Shown here: positions 1-9,386 of the stretch, one piece after another
Numbering within the stretch: the stretch's first letter is position 1
Layout of the letters: every line of letters begins with the position of its first letter
Virus record (IMG/VR): IMGVR_UViG_3300045051_000987
Span: 49,553-113,552 of that record
Source of the DNA: a virus
Direction: 5' to 3' (one strand)
DNA length: 64,000 nucleotides
Program-made: the position numbers and the translations under genes
Notes under the pieces: model-generated
The model's input: only the letters and a program-made list of their open reading frames with translations
Database searches by the model: none
What the model was told of the DNA's origin: nothing

Positions 1-8
1 GTGCTTGC

Positions 9-1559
9 TCATCGCGTGATCCCCGAGATGCGACGCTGAGCTTCGTTGATCCGCTCACGAGCATCCTCGAGCAGACGGTGTCGCATGACGTCGGCCTCGG
101 TGAGGAAGTTGAGCCAGTTGCGCTGTCCGGCGTCCGTCGAGAGCACGACGCACGGGGGCTCGCTGCGATGGATCTGCGAGAAGAACGCGCCGGTCACGCG
201 GAGCCGTTCCTTCACAGCTCGCGGGTCGAGCTCCGCGCGTGCACGCCATTCCTCACGAAGGGCGATCTGTTCCTCGACCACGATGCGATCGGCCACGCAC
301 AGATCGGTGAACGCCGCCGCCGCGCTGTCGATCACCGTCATCGGGAGCTTGTACGTCATCGGGTCCCCACCACGTCGGCCATGTCGGGGAGCCGATCGAG
401 GCTTCCCATGCCGATCCACCACGTCGCGCACGATGCGCTCGATCACGCTTCCCTGCGTGGCGAACGGCGGTGCGAACTTCCACGTGTCGTGCGTGGGGGA
501 GATGGAGCCCGCGATGTCACCGGGGCGGAGTGCATCGGCCTGCTCGCGCGGGTGTGCACGCATCCGAGCAAGAGTCTCCTCCTCGACGGGTGCTCGCGCT
601 GCATCACGCGCACCGCGGAAGTCGTTCTCGAGCTGATCGGCGAGCACCTTGAGTCGACGATCGATGAATGCCTTGAAGTCCTCATCGCTCGGAAGGCCCG
701 CCGCTGCGCGCTCCTTGTCCTTCGCCACGATCGCGCGCGCCTGACGGACGATGCTCTCGGCATGGTCGGGCCCGTTGCCCTTCGCGCGGAGGTTCGGGAA
801 AAGCTCGACGAGGAAGCGACCGAAGATCTCGCCCACGGCCTGACGCTCGTCGAGGCCTCGACGCATGCCGCGGAGATGAGCGATCACGTTCGAGATCGGT
901 GCGGGGTGATCGGCGAAGCCCTCACACTTGATCACGAGCCCGAGCTCGGTGCACACGGCCTCGTAGTCCGCGCACTCGTCGCGCAGCGGGCTCGCCTTCG
1001 TCGTGCCCTCGGCCCTGAGCTTCTCGATGCGCTTGCACACACGCAACACCGCCTGCTCGGCCGCGACCTCCCTGAACGTGACGAACTGCACGAGCGCGTG
1101 CGTCTCGTCTTCGTCGAGCACGTAGGAGCCTTCGAGGCACGACGTGCGAACGAGGTCTTCGAGATCGCTGATCGCAGCGGACACGTCCGGGTGCTTCCCG
1201 GCGTGCATGTTGAGCTGATAGAGCGCATCGCGAATGCGCTTCTCCGCGTTCGTCGCGATCGGCGTCGGGATGCTCGACTCGGACACGCCGTCGACGACCT
1301 TCACGAAGGTCACGGTCGGATCGCCGAGGTCGTTCTCCTTCATGTCGGCGTTGGGCCCGTAGAACGTCGTCAGCGTCCCTCGCTGATGGCACTTCGGACA
1401 GTGGTCGTTGTCGTCGGGGTCGTACGCGCGCTGCTCCTCAGCGGTGAAGGTCTCGTCGCATTCGATGCAGCCTTCGACGTGCGCGAGCGCGACGAGGATC
1501 CGGTTTCCGAGCGCAGCGCGCTGCTCGGCGGTGAGCGTGATCTCGAGGGGCTTCGTCAT
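9..1559 (-). CDS. Hypothetical phage protein with N-terminal Zn-ribbon (CxxC...CxxC)
   Basis: 516-aa ORF with CIECD...CPKCH; ATG is 6 nt after a CATGAT promoter motif. Confidence 0.75.
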   Translation of the reverse strand: MTKPLEITLTAEQRAALGNRILVALAHVEGCIECDETFTAEEQRAYDPDDNDHCPKCHQRGTLTTFYGPNADMKENDLGDPTVTFVKVVDGVSESSIPTPIATNAEKRIRDALYQLNMHAGKHPDVSAAISDLEDLVRTSCLEGSYVLDEDETHALVQFVTFREVAAEQAVLRVCKRIEKLRAEGTTKASPLRDECADYEAVCTELGLVIKCEGFADHPAPISNVIAHLRGMRRGLDERQAVGEIFGRFLVELFPNLRAKGNGPDHAESIVRQARAIVAKDKERAAAGLPSDEDFKAFIDRRLKVLADQLENDFRGARDAARAPVEEETLARMRAHPREQADALRPGDIAGSISPTHDTWKFAPPFATQGSVIERIVRDVVDRHGKPRSAPRHGRRGGDPMTYKLPMTVIDSAAAAFTDLCVADRIVVEEQIALREEWRARAELDPRAVKERLRVTGAFFSQIHRSEPPCVVLSTDAGQRNWLNFLTEADVMRHRLLEDARERINEAQRRISGITR

Positions 1560-1581
1560 GCCGGCATCATGCCGCCGGTGA

Positions 1582-1755
1582 TCATCGACTCTTCGGGTAG
1601 CGCTTCCCTGTCGGGTTCGGCTGCTTCGAGAGCTTCGCGATCTCCTTGCGCACCTTCGCGACGCGCTGCGCGCTCGCGGGCGTCCTCGGCGCTTCCTCGA
1701 GCTTCTCGAGCTCGGAGCGGAGCTCAGCCATCGTCATGAACTTCGGGTTCGTCAT
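1582..1755 (-). CDS. Small basic hypothetical protein
   Basis: MTNPKFMTMAELRSELEKLEE...; ATGA overlap with the upstream gene. Confidence 0.6.
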   Translation of the reverse strand: MTNPKFMTMAELRSELEKLEEAPRTPASAQRVAKVRKEIAKLSKQPNPTGKRYPKSR

Positions 1756-2102
1756 GTGCCTCGGATGAGGTGCTCGATGTCGGTGCTCACCGCGTGGTGT
1801 CGACGGGCGCCCACGCGCGCGACGAGTAGCTTCGAGGCCTCGACGGGATCGGGATGCGCGAGGCACCACGCCACCGCACGGCGCGCGAGAGCTGTCCCAC
1901 CGTCCTCATGAAGCGCCGTCGTCTGAAAGACGGCCGTGAGCACCGCGCACACGTGATCGGGCGCGGGATGCTCGTGCACGAGGAGCGTGGCGCCGGGATG
2001 CATGATGTCGGCGACCTCTCGAGGAGGAACGGCCGGCGTGCGGTGCTCCTTCACGAGGATCCGCCGGAGCTCGCGCCGCTCCATGCGCGACCACACCTTC
2101 AC
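1752..2102 (-). CDS. Hypothetical protein
   Basis: 116 aa; 4-nt overlaps with both neighbours. Confidence 0.65.
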   Translation of the reverse strand: MKVWSRMERRELRRILVKEHRTPAVPPREVADIMHPGATLLVHEHPAPDHVCAVLTAVFQTTALHEDGGTALARRAVAWCLAHPDPVEASKLLVARVGARRHHAVSTDIEHLIRGT

Positions 2103-2296
2103 GTGTCCTCGGGATCACGACGTTCCTTCCACACGATCGTGAGCTCGAGGACATGCCCGGAATCGATGCGCTCGTCGATCTGCAAGCCACTCGTCGGGAT
2201 CTGCTTCTCCGGATACCGCGCGCGGATCGCGTCGAGGATGTCTGACCGCGTGAGGATGACGCGGTTCGTCACTTCGACCTGCTTCTCGTGCTTCAT
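2099..2296 (-). CDS. Hypothetical protein
   Basis: 65 aa; SD AAGGAG upstream; coupled overlaps. Confidence 0.7.
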   Translation of the reverse strand: MKHEKQVEVTNRVILTRSDILDAIRARYPEKQIPTSGLQIDERIDSGHVLELTIVWKERRDPEDT

Positions 2297-2619
2297 CGCT
2301 CCTTGGGCTTTCCGATCAAGTTGCCGTCGACGTCGACGAACTCGATCCGTTTGTAGAGGGTCTCGCAGACCTCGTGCCCACGTTCGTCGAGGTGCACGGG
2401 GCCGTACTCGCAGAGCAGCCAGACGGCTTCATCCGGCATCATGTGCGGATGGTGGATGCCGTCGTGACGGAGCCATCGCTTGCCGGGCCTGACGTCCGAC
2501 GGATGGCTCGCCGAGTACTCGCGGAGCTCCGCCTTGAGCTTGAAGAACTCCGCATGCGTCATGCGCACCGGGATGTTCCGCAGCGTGTCGAAGCCTCGCA
2601 TGGTGATCGTCTGCGTCAT
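2293..2619 (-). CDS. Hypothetical phage protein
   Basis: Start reassigned to MTQTITMRG (ATGA overlap); contains YSASHPSDVRPGKRWLR. Confidence 0.65.
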   Translation of the reverse strand: MTQTITMRGFDTLRNIPVRMTHAEFFKLKAELREYSASHPSDVRPGKRWLRHDGIHHPHMMPDEAVWLLCEYGPVHLDERGHEVCETLYKRIEFVDVDGNLIGKPKER

Positions 2620-2975
2620 CCGTGTGCGTCTCCCGCGAGGTCGAGAAGTCGATCGAGCTCTTGCAGCGCACCGAAGGGACCTTCGGCATCGCCCCGCGAG
2701 CATCCGAGCTTGTCGAGGATCTCGTTGAGGAGCCGTCGATCCTCGCTCTCGACGGTCTCCTTCAAGTCGGCGCCTTCGCGGATCCGCTTCTGACACGAGG
2801 AGCAGATCACGACGCTCAGCATGCCCGCCCGATAGAGGTTCGCGTGACCGACCATCGTGTTCTTCACCTCGAGCTGATCGACCTGCTCGTTCGTCAGGAA
2901 GAAGCCCGCTTCGGAAGTCGGCTCGCCGGTCGTGCTCACCACACCCCGACATCGGATGCAGACCGCGCGGCTCAC
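2616..2975 (-). CDS. Hypothetical Zn-binding protein
   Basis: CIRC...CSSC; GTGA overlap with the upstream stop. Confidence 0.6.
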   Translation of the reverse strand: MSRAVCIRCRGVVSTTGEPTSEAGFFLTNEQVDQLEVKNTMVGHANLYRAGMLSVVICSSCQKRIREGADLKETVESEDRRLLNEILDKLGCSRGDAEGPFGALQELDRLLDLAGDAHG

Positions 2976-3382
2976 TTCGGCAGCTCCGACGGCCACCTCA
3001 CGACCTCGATCTGTTCGAGGTTCGCGTCGACGAGGAGCAAGCGCTCCATGAGCAAGCCGTCGGTCAACGCGTTCACGCTCAACGGGAGGTAGCGCCGGAT
3101 CGACGTGAGCTTGAAGTGAAAGAGAAGCGCTCGATCACCGCGGCTCTCACGCACGACGACCTCTAGATACCGCTCGAAGGCGAACTTCTCCGAGAGCCAC
3201 GTCTCGAGGCCCCCCTTCTCGTCGAGACAGTACGCGCGCGAGATCACGAGACCTTGCGGCGTCGATTCGACCGAGGCTACCGAGAACCATTCGGCGTCGT
3301 CGCGTTCGGGGAAGGGACAGCGGAGAGCGAAGGCGAACGTGCCGAAAGTCGTGCTGTGCTGGAGCGGGGCTGCGGGGATCAT
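2972..3382 (-). CDS. Hypothetical protein
   Basis: 136 aa; strong SD AAGGAGG downstream of a palindrome and promoter motif. Confidence 0.7.
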   Translation of the reverse strand: MIPAAPLQHSTTFGTFAFALRCPFPERDDAEWFSVASVESTPQGLVISRAYCLDEKGGLETWLSEKFAFERYLEVVVRESRGDRALLFHFKLTSIRRYLPLSVNALTDGLLMERLLLVDANLEQIEVVRWPSELPK

Positions 3383-3400
3383 GGGTGGCCTCCTTGGGGC

Positions 3401-3420
3401 GTGTTCACCCGGGTGAACAC
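3401..3420. promoter_or_regulatory. Dispersed palindrome copy 1 (GTGTTCACCCGGGTGAACAC)
   Basis: Perfect 20-bp palindrome between a CATGAT promoter motif and an SD. Confidence 0.85.
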
Positions 3421-3452
3421 CGGGCGTCGTCGTCAGCTCCCATCATGCCGCC

Positions 3453-3866
3453 TCACCTGATCCGGATCCGCTCGCCGGTCGGGAGCACCTCGAAGATCAT
3501 CGCGGCCGCGTACTTCGATCGCTTCTTCCGCGTGGTGGTGCTCTGCGCCGAACGCACACGGGCCGTCCACTTCGCACGGCGGAGCTTGCCGCTCGGTCGA
3601 TCGGGCCCGCGAGCGATCCACGTCTGACCCGCTTCGCTCTTGAGCCACGCGAGGAAGACCTCGAGAGGGAGGTCCGACTTCGTGTTGTTGCAGGGGTGGC
3701 ACGCGATCACGACCTTGCTCCCGCCGCGCGACTTCGGCTCGACGTGATCGAGCGTGGCCTCCTCGCGGAGGAGCGGATCACCGCAGTACGTGCACGGCAC
3801 CGTTGGTTCGGGTGCGTCAGCGTGCCTTCGACGCTCACGCGTGAAGATGGCGTCTCGTCGGGTCAT
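3453..3866 (-). CDS. HNH endonuclease
   Basis: CTYCG...TLDHVEPKSRGG...ACHPCNNTKSD is a typical HNH/McrA-like motif. Confidence 0.9.
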   Translation of the reverse strand: MTRRDAIFTRERRRHADAPEPTVPCTYCGDPLLREEATLDHVEPKSRGGSKVVIACHPCNNTKSDLPLEVFLAWLKSEAGQTWIARGPDRPSGKLRRAKWTARVRSAQSTTTRKKRSKYAAAMIFEVLPTGERIRIR

Positions 3867-3877
3867 GTCTCACAGGC

Positions 3878-4240
3878 TCACAGTGTGGTGTCCTTCCGGA
3901 GCTTGATCAGCCGATGGGTGCGCGCGAACGCGCCGAGCGTGAGGTTCCGATCGACGCCCTGCGCGTGGCGGAGGTGCACGAGGAGCTCGGAGGCCTTCCA
4001 CTCCTCGGCGCCATCGAGCTTCACGAAGGTCACGGCGCCGAGCGTCGCGCGCGGTGAGCGCGGATCGCGCACCGTCCACACCGAGCCTTCGAGGAAGGCC
4101 GAGAGGTCGTCCATCGTCACCGCGAAGGCGTCTCCCCACTCCCACGAGCCCGGGATCTCGTCACCGAGCTCAGCGGGGACGGCGAACGGATCCGCGGATG
4201 CGAGGAGGGCCTCGACCTGTTCCTCGAGCGTAGGCATCAC
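3878..4240 (-). CDS. Hypothetical protein
   Basis: 120 aa; overlaps the stop of the upstream gene. Confidence 0.65.
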   Translation of the reverse strand: MMPTLEEQVEALLASADPFAVPAELGDEIPGSWEWGDAFAVTMDDLSAFLEGSVWTVRDPRSPRATLGAVTFVKLDGAEEWKASELLVHLRHAQGVDRNLTLGAFARTHRLIKLRKDTTL

Positions 4241-5784
4241 CCGGTGAACCGCTTGAAGAACGCGACCACGCGATCACGCGTGCGTCCGCGCTGGTAGGTC
4301 TGCGGCTCGAAGTCGGCGAGCGTCCTCGCGTCGAGCTCACGCGCGCGCCGGGTGTTCTCGTGGTTGAGGATGTCCATCACCTCGCCCGCTTCCCCGCGCA
4401 CGTCCGGGCGGCTCTCTCGGAGCTGCGCGGTCGCCATGCCGAGCACGTGCTCGAACCGCTTGTGCGCGAGCATCTTCGGATCGAGGACACGCCACGTCTC
4501 GAGCACGCCATCGCTCACGAAGCGCGAGTCGAGGTCATCGAAGCCGTCGGGCTTCACGCGGACGCAGCGCCACCCCACGAGGTCTGACTGCGTCTGCTTC
4601 TCGATGAGCTTCACAGTCGTGCCCGAGATCGACTGACGCACCTGACCGCGCTCGAGCGGCTCGCGGTTCCGAGGATCGATGCTCTGATCGATCGCGTTCC
4701 ACAGCTCGTCTCGAGCAGGGTCGCCCCATCGCTCGGCGATGTTCGCGCGGATGCGCGTGAGCTGCTTCTCGAGCTCTTCGAGCGCTTCGTCGAACGTGCG
4801 GTGCGGCTGAGGGCCGAACGCTTCGACCATGATCGAGAGGAGCCGCTTCCGAAGCGTGTCGAGCCGTTCGCCGAGGTCGAAGTGCTCGTGCGTGAAGATG
4901 CGCTCGATCACGTGCTGCATGGTGTCGCCGCTCGCACCCGCGGCGCGGAGGTGGTGCACCGCTGCGAAGTAGAGCCGCGTGCGGAGGTTCTCGATTGTCG
5001 GCTTCTCGACGATGGTCCCCTTCGGGAGCTTGATCTTGATCGTCGCGAAGATCCCGTCGCGCGTCGATCGCTCGATCTGCACGTCCTCGACGAGCTCGGC
5101 GTTCGGCGCCATCACGTAGCCGAAGACGTCGACCGTCGACGTGTGGAGCACCTCACCGACGCGCGCGCCGGCCTCGCCGACGGGCGTGACGTGGATCTTT
5201 CGCTCGACCGTGCGGAGCTGCTCGTCGAGCGCCGGTGCTGGCTCGGTGTTCCCGAGCACGAACGCATCGCGCACCTTCGATGCGACCGCGGCCGCGCCGA
5301 TGAGTGCTTCGCTGAGCACGACGACGGGCCTACCGGGGGTCGCGTGTCCGCTCTCGTAGAAGAGGCGCATCTCGTTCGCCCACGTCGAGAGCGTGCGCAT
5401 CTCCTCGCGCGTGATGGTGAAGGTCTCTTCGTCCCTGCTCAGCATGATCTCTGCTCCTCTCACGAACTGCTCGAGCAGCTCGGGCCATCCTTCGACGTCG
5501 GCGTGCCCCGTCTCGATCGCGCTCACGTCCGCGATGCTCAGATCGAGGATGTAGGCCACCTCGCTCAGCTTGAGCTCGCGCTCGCGACGAAGGCGCCGGA
5601 AGCGTTCACCACGCTCGCGGAGCACCTCGCTCGGCTCCTCGAACGTCATGACCTCGCCGATGCCGCACGGGAGCTCCTCGGCCGCCGCTTGGCACGGGCC
5701 GGAGCCATCGGGACCGCAGCACGTGCGCGTCACGAAGCTGCGCGTCGATCCGGTGGGCTTGGCCCTCTTGATCTTGAACGCCAT
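4237..5784 (-). CDS. XRE-family HTH domain protein (large, multidomain)
   Basis: GERFRRLRRERELKLSEVAYILDLSIADVSAIETG is an XRE/Cro-C1 HTH near the N-terminus. Confidence 0.75.
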   Translation of the reverse strand: MAFKIKRAKPTGSTRSFVTRTCCGPDGSGPCQAAAEELPCGIGEVMTFEEPSEVLRERGERFRRLRRERELKLSEVAYILDLSIADVSAIETGHADVEGWPELLEQFVRGAEIMLSRDEETFTITREEMRTLSTWANEMRLFYESGHATPGRPVVVLSEALIGAAAVASKVRDAFVLGNTEPAPALDEQLRTVERKIHVTPVGEAGARVGEVLHTSTVDVFGYVMAPNAELVEDVQIERSTRDGIFATIKIKLPKGTIVEKPTIENLRTRLYFAAVHHLRAAGASGDTMQHVIERIFTHEHFDLGERLDTLRKRLLSIMVEAFGPQPHRTFDEALEELEKQLTRIRANIAERWGDPARDELWNAIDQSIDPRNREPLERGQVRQSISGTTVKLIEKQTQSDLVGWRCVRVKPDGFDDLDSRFVSDGVLETWRVLDPKMLAHKRFEHVLGMATAQLRESRPDVRGEAGEVMDILNHENTRRARELDARTLADFEPQTYQRGRTRDRVVAFFKRFTG

Positions 5785-5786
5785 CG

Positions 5787-6302
5787 TCAGCTCGCCATCG
5801 CTGCGAGAATGCGACCAAGGCTCTCGCGCGCTGCTTCGAGACGCGTGCGGAGCATCGCGAGGGCTTCACGTCGCGCCGCCTGTTCGGTCTTCGCCACAAG
5901 GCTCTCGCAGCGCGGCTTGCCGTTCTCGAAGACCACGAACCAGTCACCGTCGTCGTGACCGATCGTCATGTGGTCGACGTCGCCCACCGCGAAGCGACTG
6001 TGCAGCGCACCGAACTGCACGCGCTCCCACTTCGCGACAAGAGGCTCGACGATGCCCCAGCCGTCCGCGTTGAAGTCGACCACGCCACGACGGCGGAGCT
6101 CCTCGAGCACGCTCAGCGTGAGACGCGGCGAAAGCGTGCCCGACGTCGTCTTCGCAGGCGTCCACTTGGCGACCTCGCGAGCGGTCTTCACACGAGGGAA
6201 TCGCGTGATGTTCGGCGCGCTGCACATCGCATGACGTCGAAGGGCATCGATCACCCGCTCTTCGATCGCGGTGAACGGCTTCTTGGGGTTGGGCTTCGCC
6301 AC
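5787..6302 (-). CDS. Hypothetical protein (possible winged-helix N-terminus)
   Basis: GTG start 6 nt after CATGAT motif; TAREVAKW...LSVLEELRRRGVV. Confidence 0.65.
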   Translation of the reverse strand: MAKPNPKKPFTAIEERVIDALRRHAMCSAPNITRFPRVKTAREVAKWTPAKTTSGTLSPRLTLSVLEELRRRGVVDFNADGWGIVEPLVAKWERVQFGALHSRFAVGDVDHMTIGHDDGDWFVVFENGKPRCESLVAKTEQAARREALAMLRTRLEAARESLGRILAAMAS

Positions 6303-6322
6303 GGACCCATCATGCCGCCTGC

Positions 6323-6580
6323 TCATTGCAGGCCTGGCCGCGTGACAGCCGACGTGAGGATGAAGCGCTCGCGGATCGTCGACTCACGCACGCGCGTCTC
6401 GCGCCCGGTCTCGAGGTTCTTCACGCGCCACACGCGGAGCGGGCCCTTCACGCGCGCGTCGACGGGCTCGAAGAGGATGATCTTCCGCGTCTCGCGCTCG
6501 TCGCGCGGTCGCAGGATGTCGCCCGCGGTGAAGTCACGCATGAGCGTCTCGCGATGGATGTTCGGCTTCGGCCTCTTCAT
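6323..6580 (-). CDS. Hypothetical protein
   Basis: MKRPKPNIHRE...; ATGA overlap with the J-domain gene. Confidence 0.6.
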   Translation of the reverse strand: MKRPKPNIHRETLMRDFTAGDILRPRDERETRKIILFEPVDARVKGPLRVWRVKNLETGRETRVRESTIRERFILTSAVTRPGLQ

Positions 6581-7410
6581 CGTCGGAATGCCTTCCTCGC
6601 GTCGGCGATCGCGTTGTTGAGCTCGACCATCGCCTCGTGCGATCCGCCCGGCCGATCGGGATGACGCTCGAGCGTGAGCTTCTTGTAGACGGCCTCGGCC
6701 GCTGCGATGTCGACGGGGTTGTTGAGGATCTCGCGCCACTTCTCCGAGATGGGGCGCGTCGGGCGAGGAGGGATCCCGCTCTGACCGAAGCCACGTCGGA
6801 ACGCGTTGAAGAAGTCCTCGAAGCCCTCGAACACCTCAGCCGTGGCCTTGCGTGCCTGCTCGCGCTCCCACGCCTGACGCTGTCGGCGCTGGTTCTCTTC
6901 GGCGCGACGGTCCGCGGCTTCCGCTTCCTGACGCTCTCGTCGCTCGCGCACCTCGCGATCGTTCGGATCGGGTGCGTCGACGTGACCGAAGCCTTCCTCG
7001 ACGTGCTGCGATCGAGGCTGCTGTCGCACGCGCTGCCCCACGGTCTTCTTCCAACCACCGAAGGGCTGTCCTTCGACCTCGACCGTGAAGTTGATCGGGG
7101 TCTCTTCGTAGCGCGCGGCCTCCCGAACGCGCGCCTCTTCGGATCGCTGAGCGCTTCCCTTTTCGTCGACGAAGTCGCAATCGTCGTACTCGAAACGCAG
7201 CTCCATGCGCCCGGCGTAGATGCCCTGATCAGCTGTCGGGATCCGGTGCTGCTTCGCGTCGGCCTTCGAGATCCAGCATCCGCGGTAGATGCGCGACCGA
7301 CCCTGATCGTCGATCACCTCGATGTCCATCTTCTCGATGTCGTGTGGTCCACGAGGGAGCCGGAACACGACGCGCGGCGTCGGCCGCTGTGCGGGGCGCT
7401 TGGCTGTCAC
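6577..7410 (-). CDS. DnaJ/J-domain-containing protein
   Basis: C-terminal AVYKKLTLERHPDRPGGSHEAMVELNNA with the HPD motif. Confidence 0.85.
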   Translation of the reverse strand: MTAKRPAQRPTPRVVFRLPRGPHDIEKMDIEVIDDQGRSRIYRGCWISKADAKQHRIPTADQGIYAGRMELRFEYDDCDFVDEKGSAQRSEEARVREAARYEETPINFTVEVEGQPFGGWKKTVGQRVRQQPRSQHVEEGFGHVDAPDPNDREVRERRERQEAEAADRRAEENQRRQRQAWEREQARKATAEVFEGFEDFFNAFRRGFGQSGIPPRPTRPISEKWREILNNPVDIAAAEAVYKKLTLERHPDRPGGSHEAMVELNNAIADARKAFRR

Positions 7411-7431
7411 GTCGGCATCATGCCGCGACGC

Positions 7432-8430
7432 TCACGGCGTGAAGTCGGCCTTCGGCGTGCTCGTCTCCGAGATCTCGACCTGCAAGCCTCGCAAGCGCTT
7501 CGTGACGCGCGCGGGCGTGCGCGGGTCGAGATCGATGCCCACCCCACGACGGCCGAGCACGCACGCCGCCTCGAGCACCGTGCCGGTCCCGACGAACGGA
7601 TCGAGCACCACGTCGTTCGGCCGCGAGCTCGCGAGGATGCACCGGCGCGGGAGCTCCACCGGGAACGTCGAGTAGTGGTCGCCCTTGTACCGCCCGCCTC
7701 CGAACGACCACACGTCTCGGAGGTTCGCGCCCATCGGCTCGCCGTTCTCGTCGAGCTTCGCCGCGCGCTTCTTGCCCCACCGCCCGAGCCCGTACGACGC
7801 AGCTCGAGGATCGGGAACCGTCGCCGATCGCGCGGGGCCCTGCGCCTGTAGGCGGAGCGTGTTCGGCCTGAGCGGCTGTCGCACGGCGTTCGCGTCGTAG
7901 AAGTAGTGCGCGCGCCGCGAGAAGAGGAACACGTGCTCGTGAGACGACGTCGGCCGATCCTGCATCGAGCCCGGCACGGGCGAGGGCTTCGACCAGATCA
8001 CCTCGCTGCGAAGGATCCACCCGTCGGCTTGGAGCGCGAGCGCGACGCGCCACGGGATCCCGATCAGGCTCTTGCGCGGCAGACCGCACAGCGTGCTCTT
8101 GCTCTCGATGTTCGGAACGAGGTCATGTCGCTCGGGCGTCGAGAGCTTCGAGCTCTTGCCCGTGCTCCCTCGACGCGAGCCCGAGTAGCTGTCGCCGAGG
8201 TTCAACCACATCGTGCCGTCCTTCCGCAGCCCGCGGCGCGCCTCACGGAACGTGAGCACCATCGCCTCGACGAACGCATCGGGCGTCGGCTCCATCCCGA
8301 TCTGCCCGTCGAGCCGGTAGTCGCGGAGGTGCCAATAGGGCGGGCTCGTCACGATCGTCTGCACGTTCTCGACGGTGCCGGCTAGCTCGCGCGCGTCGCC
8401 GACGAGGATCCGAAACCGCTCCTCGGTCAT
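7432..8430 (-). CDS. Beta-class N4-cytosine/N6-adenine DNA methyltransferase, Cfr9I/SmaI-like family
   Basis: TSPPYWHLRDY..QIG, WLNLGDSY, LIGIPWRVALALQADGWILRSEVIW, HYSTFP, VLDPFVGTGT. Confidence 0.92.
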   Translation of the reverse strand: MTEERFRILVGDARELAGTVENVQTIVTSPPYWHLRDYRLDGQIGMEPTPDAFVEAMVLTFREARRGLRKDGTMWLNLGDSYSGSRRGSTGKSSKLSTPERHDLVPNIESKSTLCGLPRKSLIGIPWRVALALQADGWILRSEVIWSKPSPVPGSMQDRPTSSHEHVFLFSRRAHYFYDANAVRQPLRPNTLRLQAQGPARSATVPDPRAASYGLGRWGKKRAAKLDENGEPMGANLRDVWSFGGGRYKGDHYSTFPVELPRRCILASSRPNDVVLDPFVGTGTVLEAACVLGRRGVGIDLDPRTPARVTKRLRGLQVEISETSTPKADFTP

Positions 8431-8642
8431 CGGTGTTCACCCGGGTGAACAGGCTTCGAGAGCTCGGCGCGCGCCGCGATCATCGCGTGCTTCAACGGCG
8501 AGCCGGTCGGGAGCTCCTCGGTGCTCATGTCGTGAAGGCTGAGGTAGTCCTCGATCGACGTCGTGAGCAGCTCGAGCACCTCGTGCGAGACGCGCGCGCG
8601 CTCGGCGTGCTGCTCCGCTGTGACCTGTGGGCGTGTCGCCAT
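8427..8642 (-). CDS. Small hypothetical protein
   Basis: 71 aa; ATG 6 nt after CATGAT variant; 3' end contains a palindrome copy. Confidence 0.65.
   Translation of the reverse strand: MATRPQVTAEQHAERARVSHEVLELLTTSIEDYLSLHDMSTEELPTGSPLKHAMIAARAELSKPVHPGEHR
8434..8451. promoter_or_regulatory. Dispersed palindrome copy 2
   Basis: 18-bp core, 3 bp upstream of the Cfr9I-like MTase ATG. Confidence 0.85.
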
Positions 8643-8649
8643 GCGCCCA

Positions 8650-8985
8650 TCATGTCGCGCGTCGACGGCCGGGGATCCGTGCGTACCGGGCGCGCGCAGC
8701 GCGTGCCTCTCGGATGATGTGCACGCCGAACTCGTTCACGCGGATCAGCACGTCCCACCCGATGATCTGGTGCTCGTTGTGGGGCGCCTCGAAGGGAACC
8801 ATCCGCCACTCGCTCCGCTCACCGACCTTGCCGGCGACGATGAACATGAGGCGCGAGCACGCCGCCACCGGGTCGGTCTCCTCGGTGTCGACCCACACGA
8901 GGCCGGGCCGGTAGCCGCGCGCCGGTGCCCACCACACGCGCACGCACACGGTGCCGCGCTCGGGGTGACGCGTTACGAGCTGCAT
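8650..8985 (-). CDS. Hypothetical protein (weak retropepsin-like pattern)
   Basis: MQLVTRHPERG...LVWVDTE...IIGWDVL. Confidence 0.5.
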   Translation of the reverse strand: MQLVTRHPERGTVCVRVWWAPARGYRPGLVWVDTEETDPVAACSRLMFIVAGKVGERSEWRMVPFEAPHNEHQIIGWDVLIRVNEFGVHIIREARAARARYARIPGRRRAT

Positions 8986-9386
8986 CGACGGATCGTGTAC
9001 GAGAGCCCGCGCGTGCCCACCGGATCGGATCCGATGAGGTAGCTCACCGCGGGCGTCAGGAACGCGAGCTTCGGGCTGTCCGCCTTGAAGTCCCACCCGG
9101 CATGCACTTCGGCGATCGAGAACACGCCGCGCGAGGGGGCGTAGCGCCAGAGCTGCTTGAGCGATCGCGTGAACGCGTAGCGCGCGCGGTAGTCGGCGCC
9201 GTTGTCCTCGGCTCGCACGATGGCATCGATCGGTCCCGTGATCAGCTCTTCGAGGAACGTGCGACACGCCTCGATGCGCTCAGGTCGACCGCCCACGAGA
9301 TGAAGCCCGACGTTCAGCTCGATCACCGAGGGCTGGTGGACGATCACGTGATCGGGCTCGCCCCTGATCAGCTCGCCGCGCCTCAT
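8973..9386 (-). CDS. Hypothetical protein
   Basis: 137 aa; coupled to neighbours. Confidence 0.6.
   Translation of the reverse strand: MRRGELIRGEPDHVIVHQPSVIELNVGLHLVGGRPERIEACRTFLEELITGPIDAIVRAEDNGADYRARYAFTRSLKQLWRYAPSRGVFSIAEVHAGWDFKADSPKLAFLTPAVSYLIGSDPVGTRGLSYTIRRCSS

Noticed and set aside
1557-1575. ATGATG in the class II motif as the start of a mini-uORF whose TGA overlaps the gene start
   Set aside because: Works at 1559 and 7410 but not at 6302, 8642 or 12786; the fixed 5-6 nt spacing fits a -10 element better.
4236-4250. Degenerate palindrome-like TCACCCGGTGAAC (also partial sites near 31893 and 63121)
   Set aside because: Deletion or mismatches in the core; not counted among the 11 copies.
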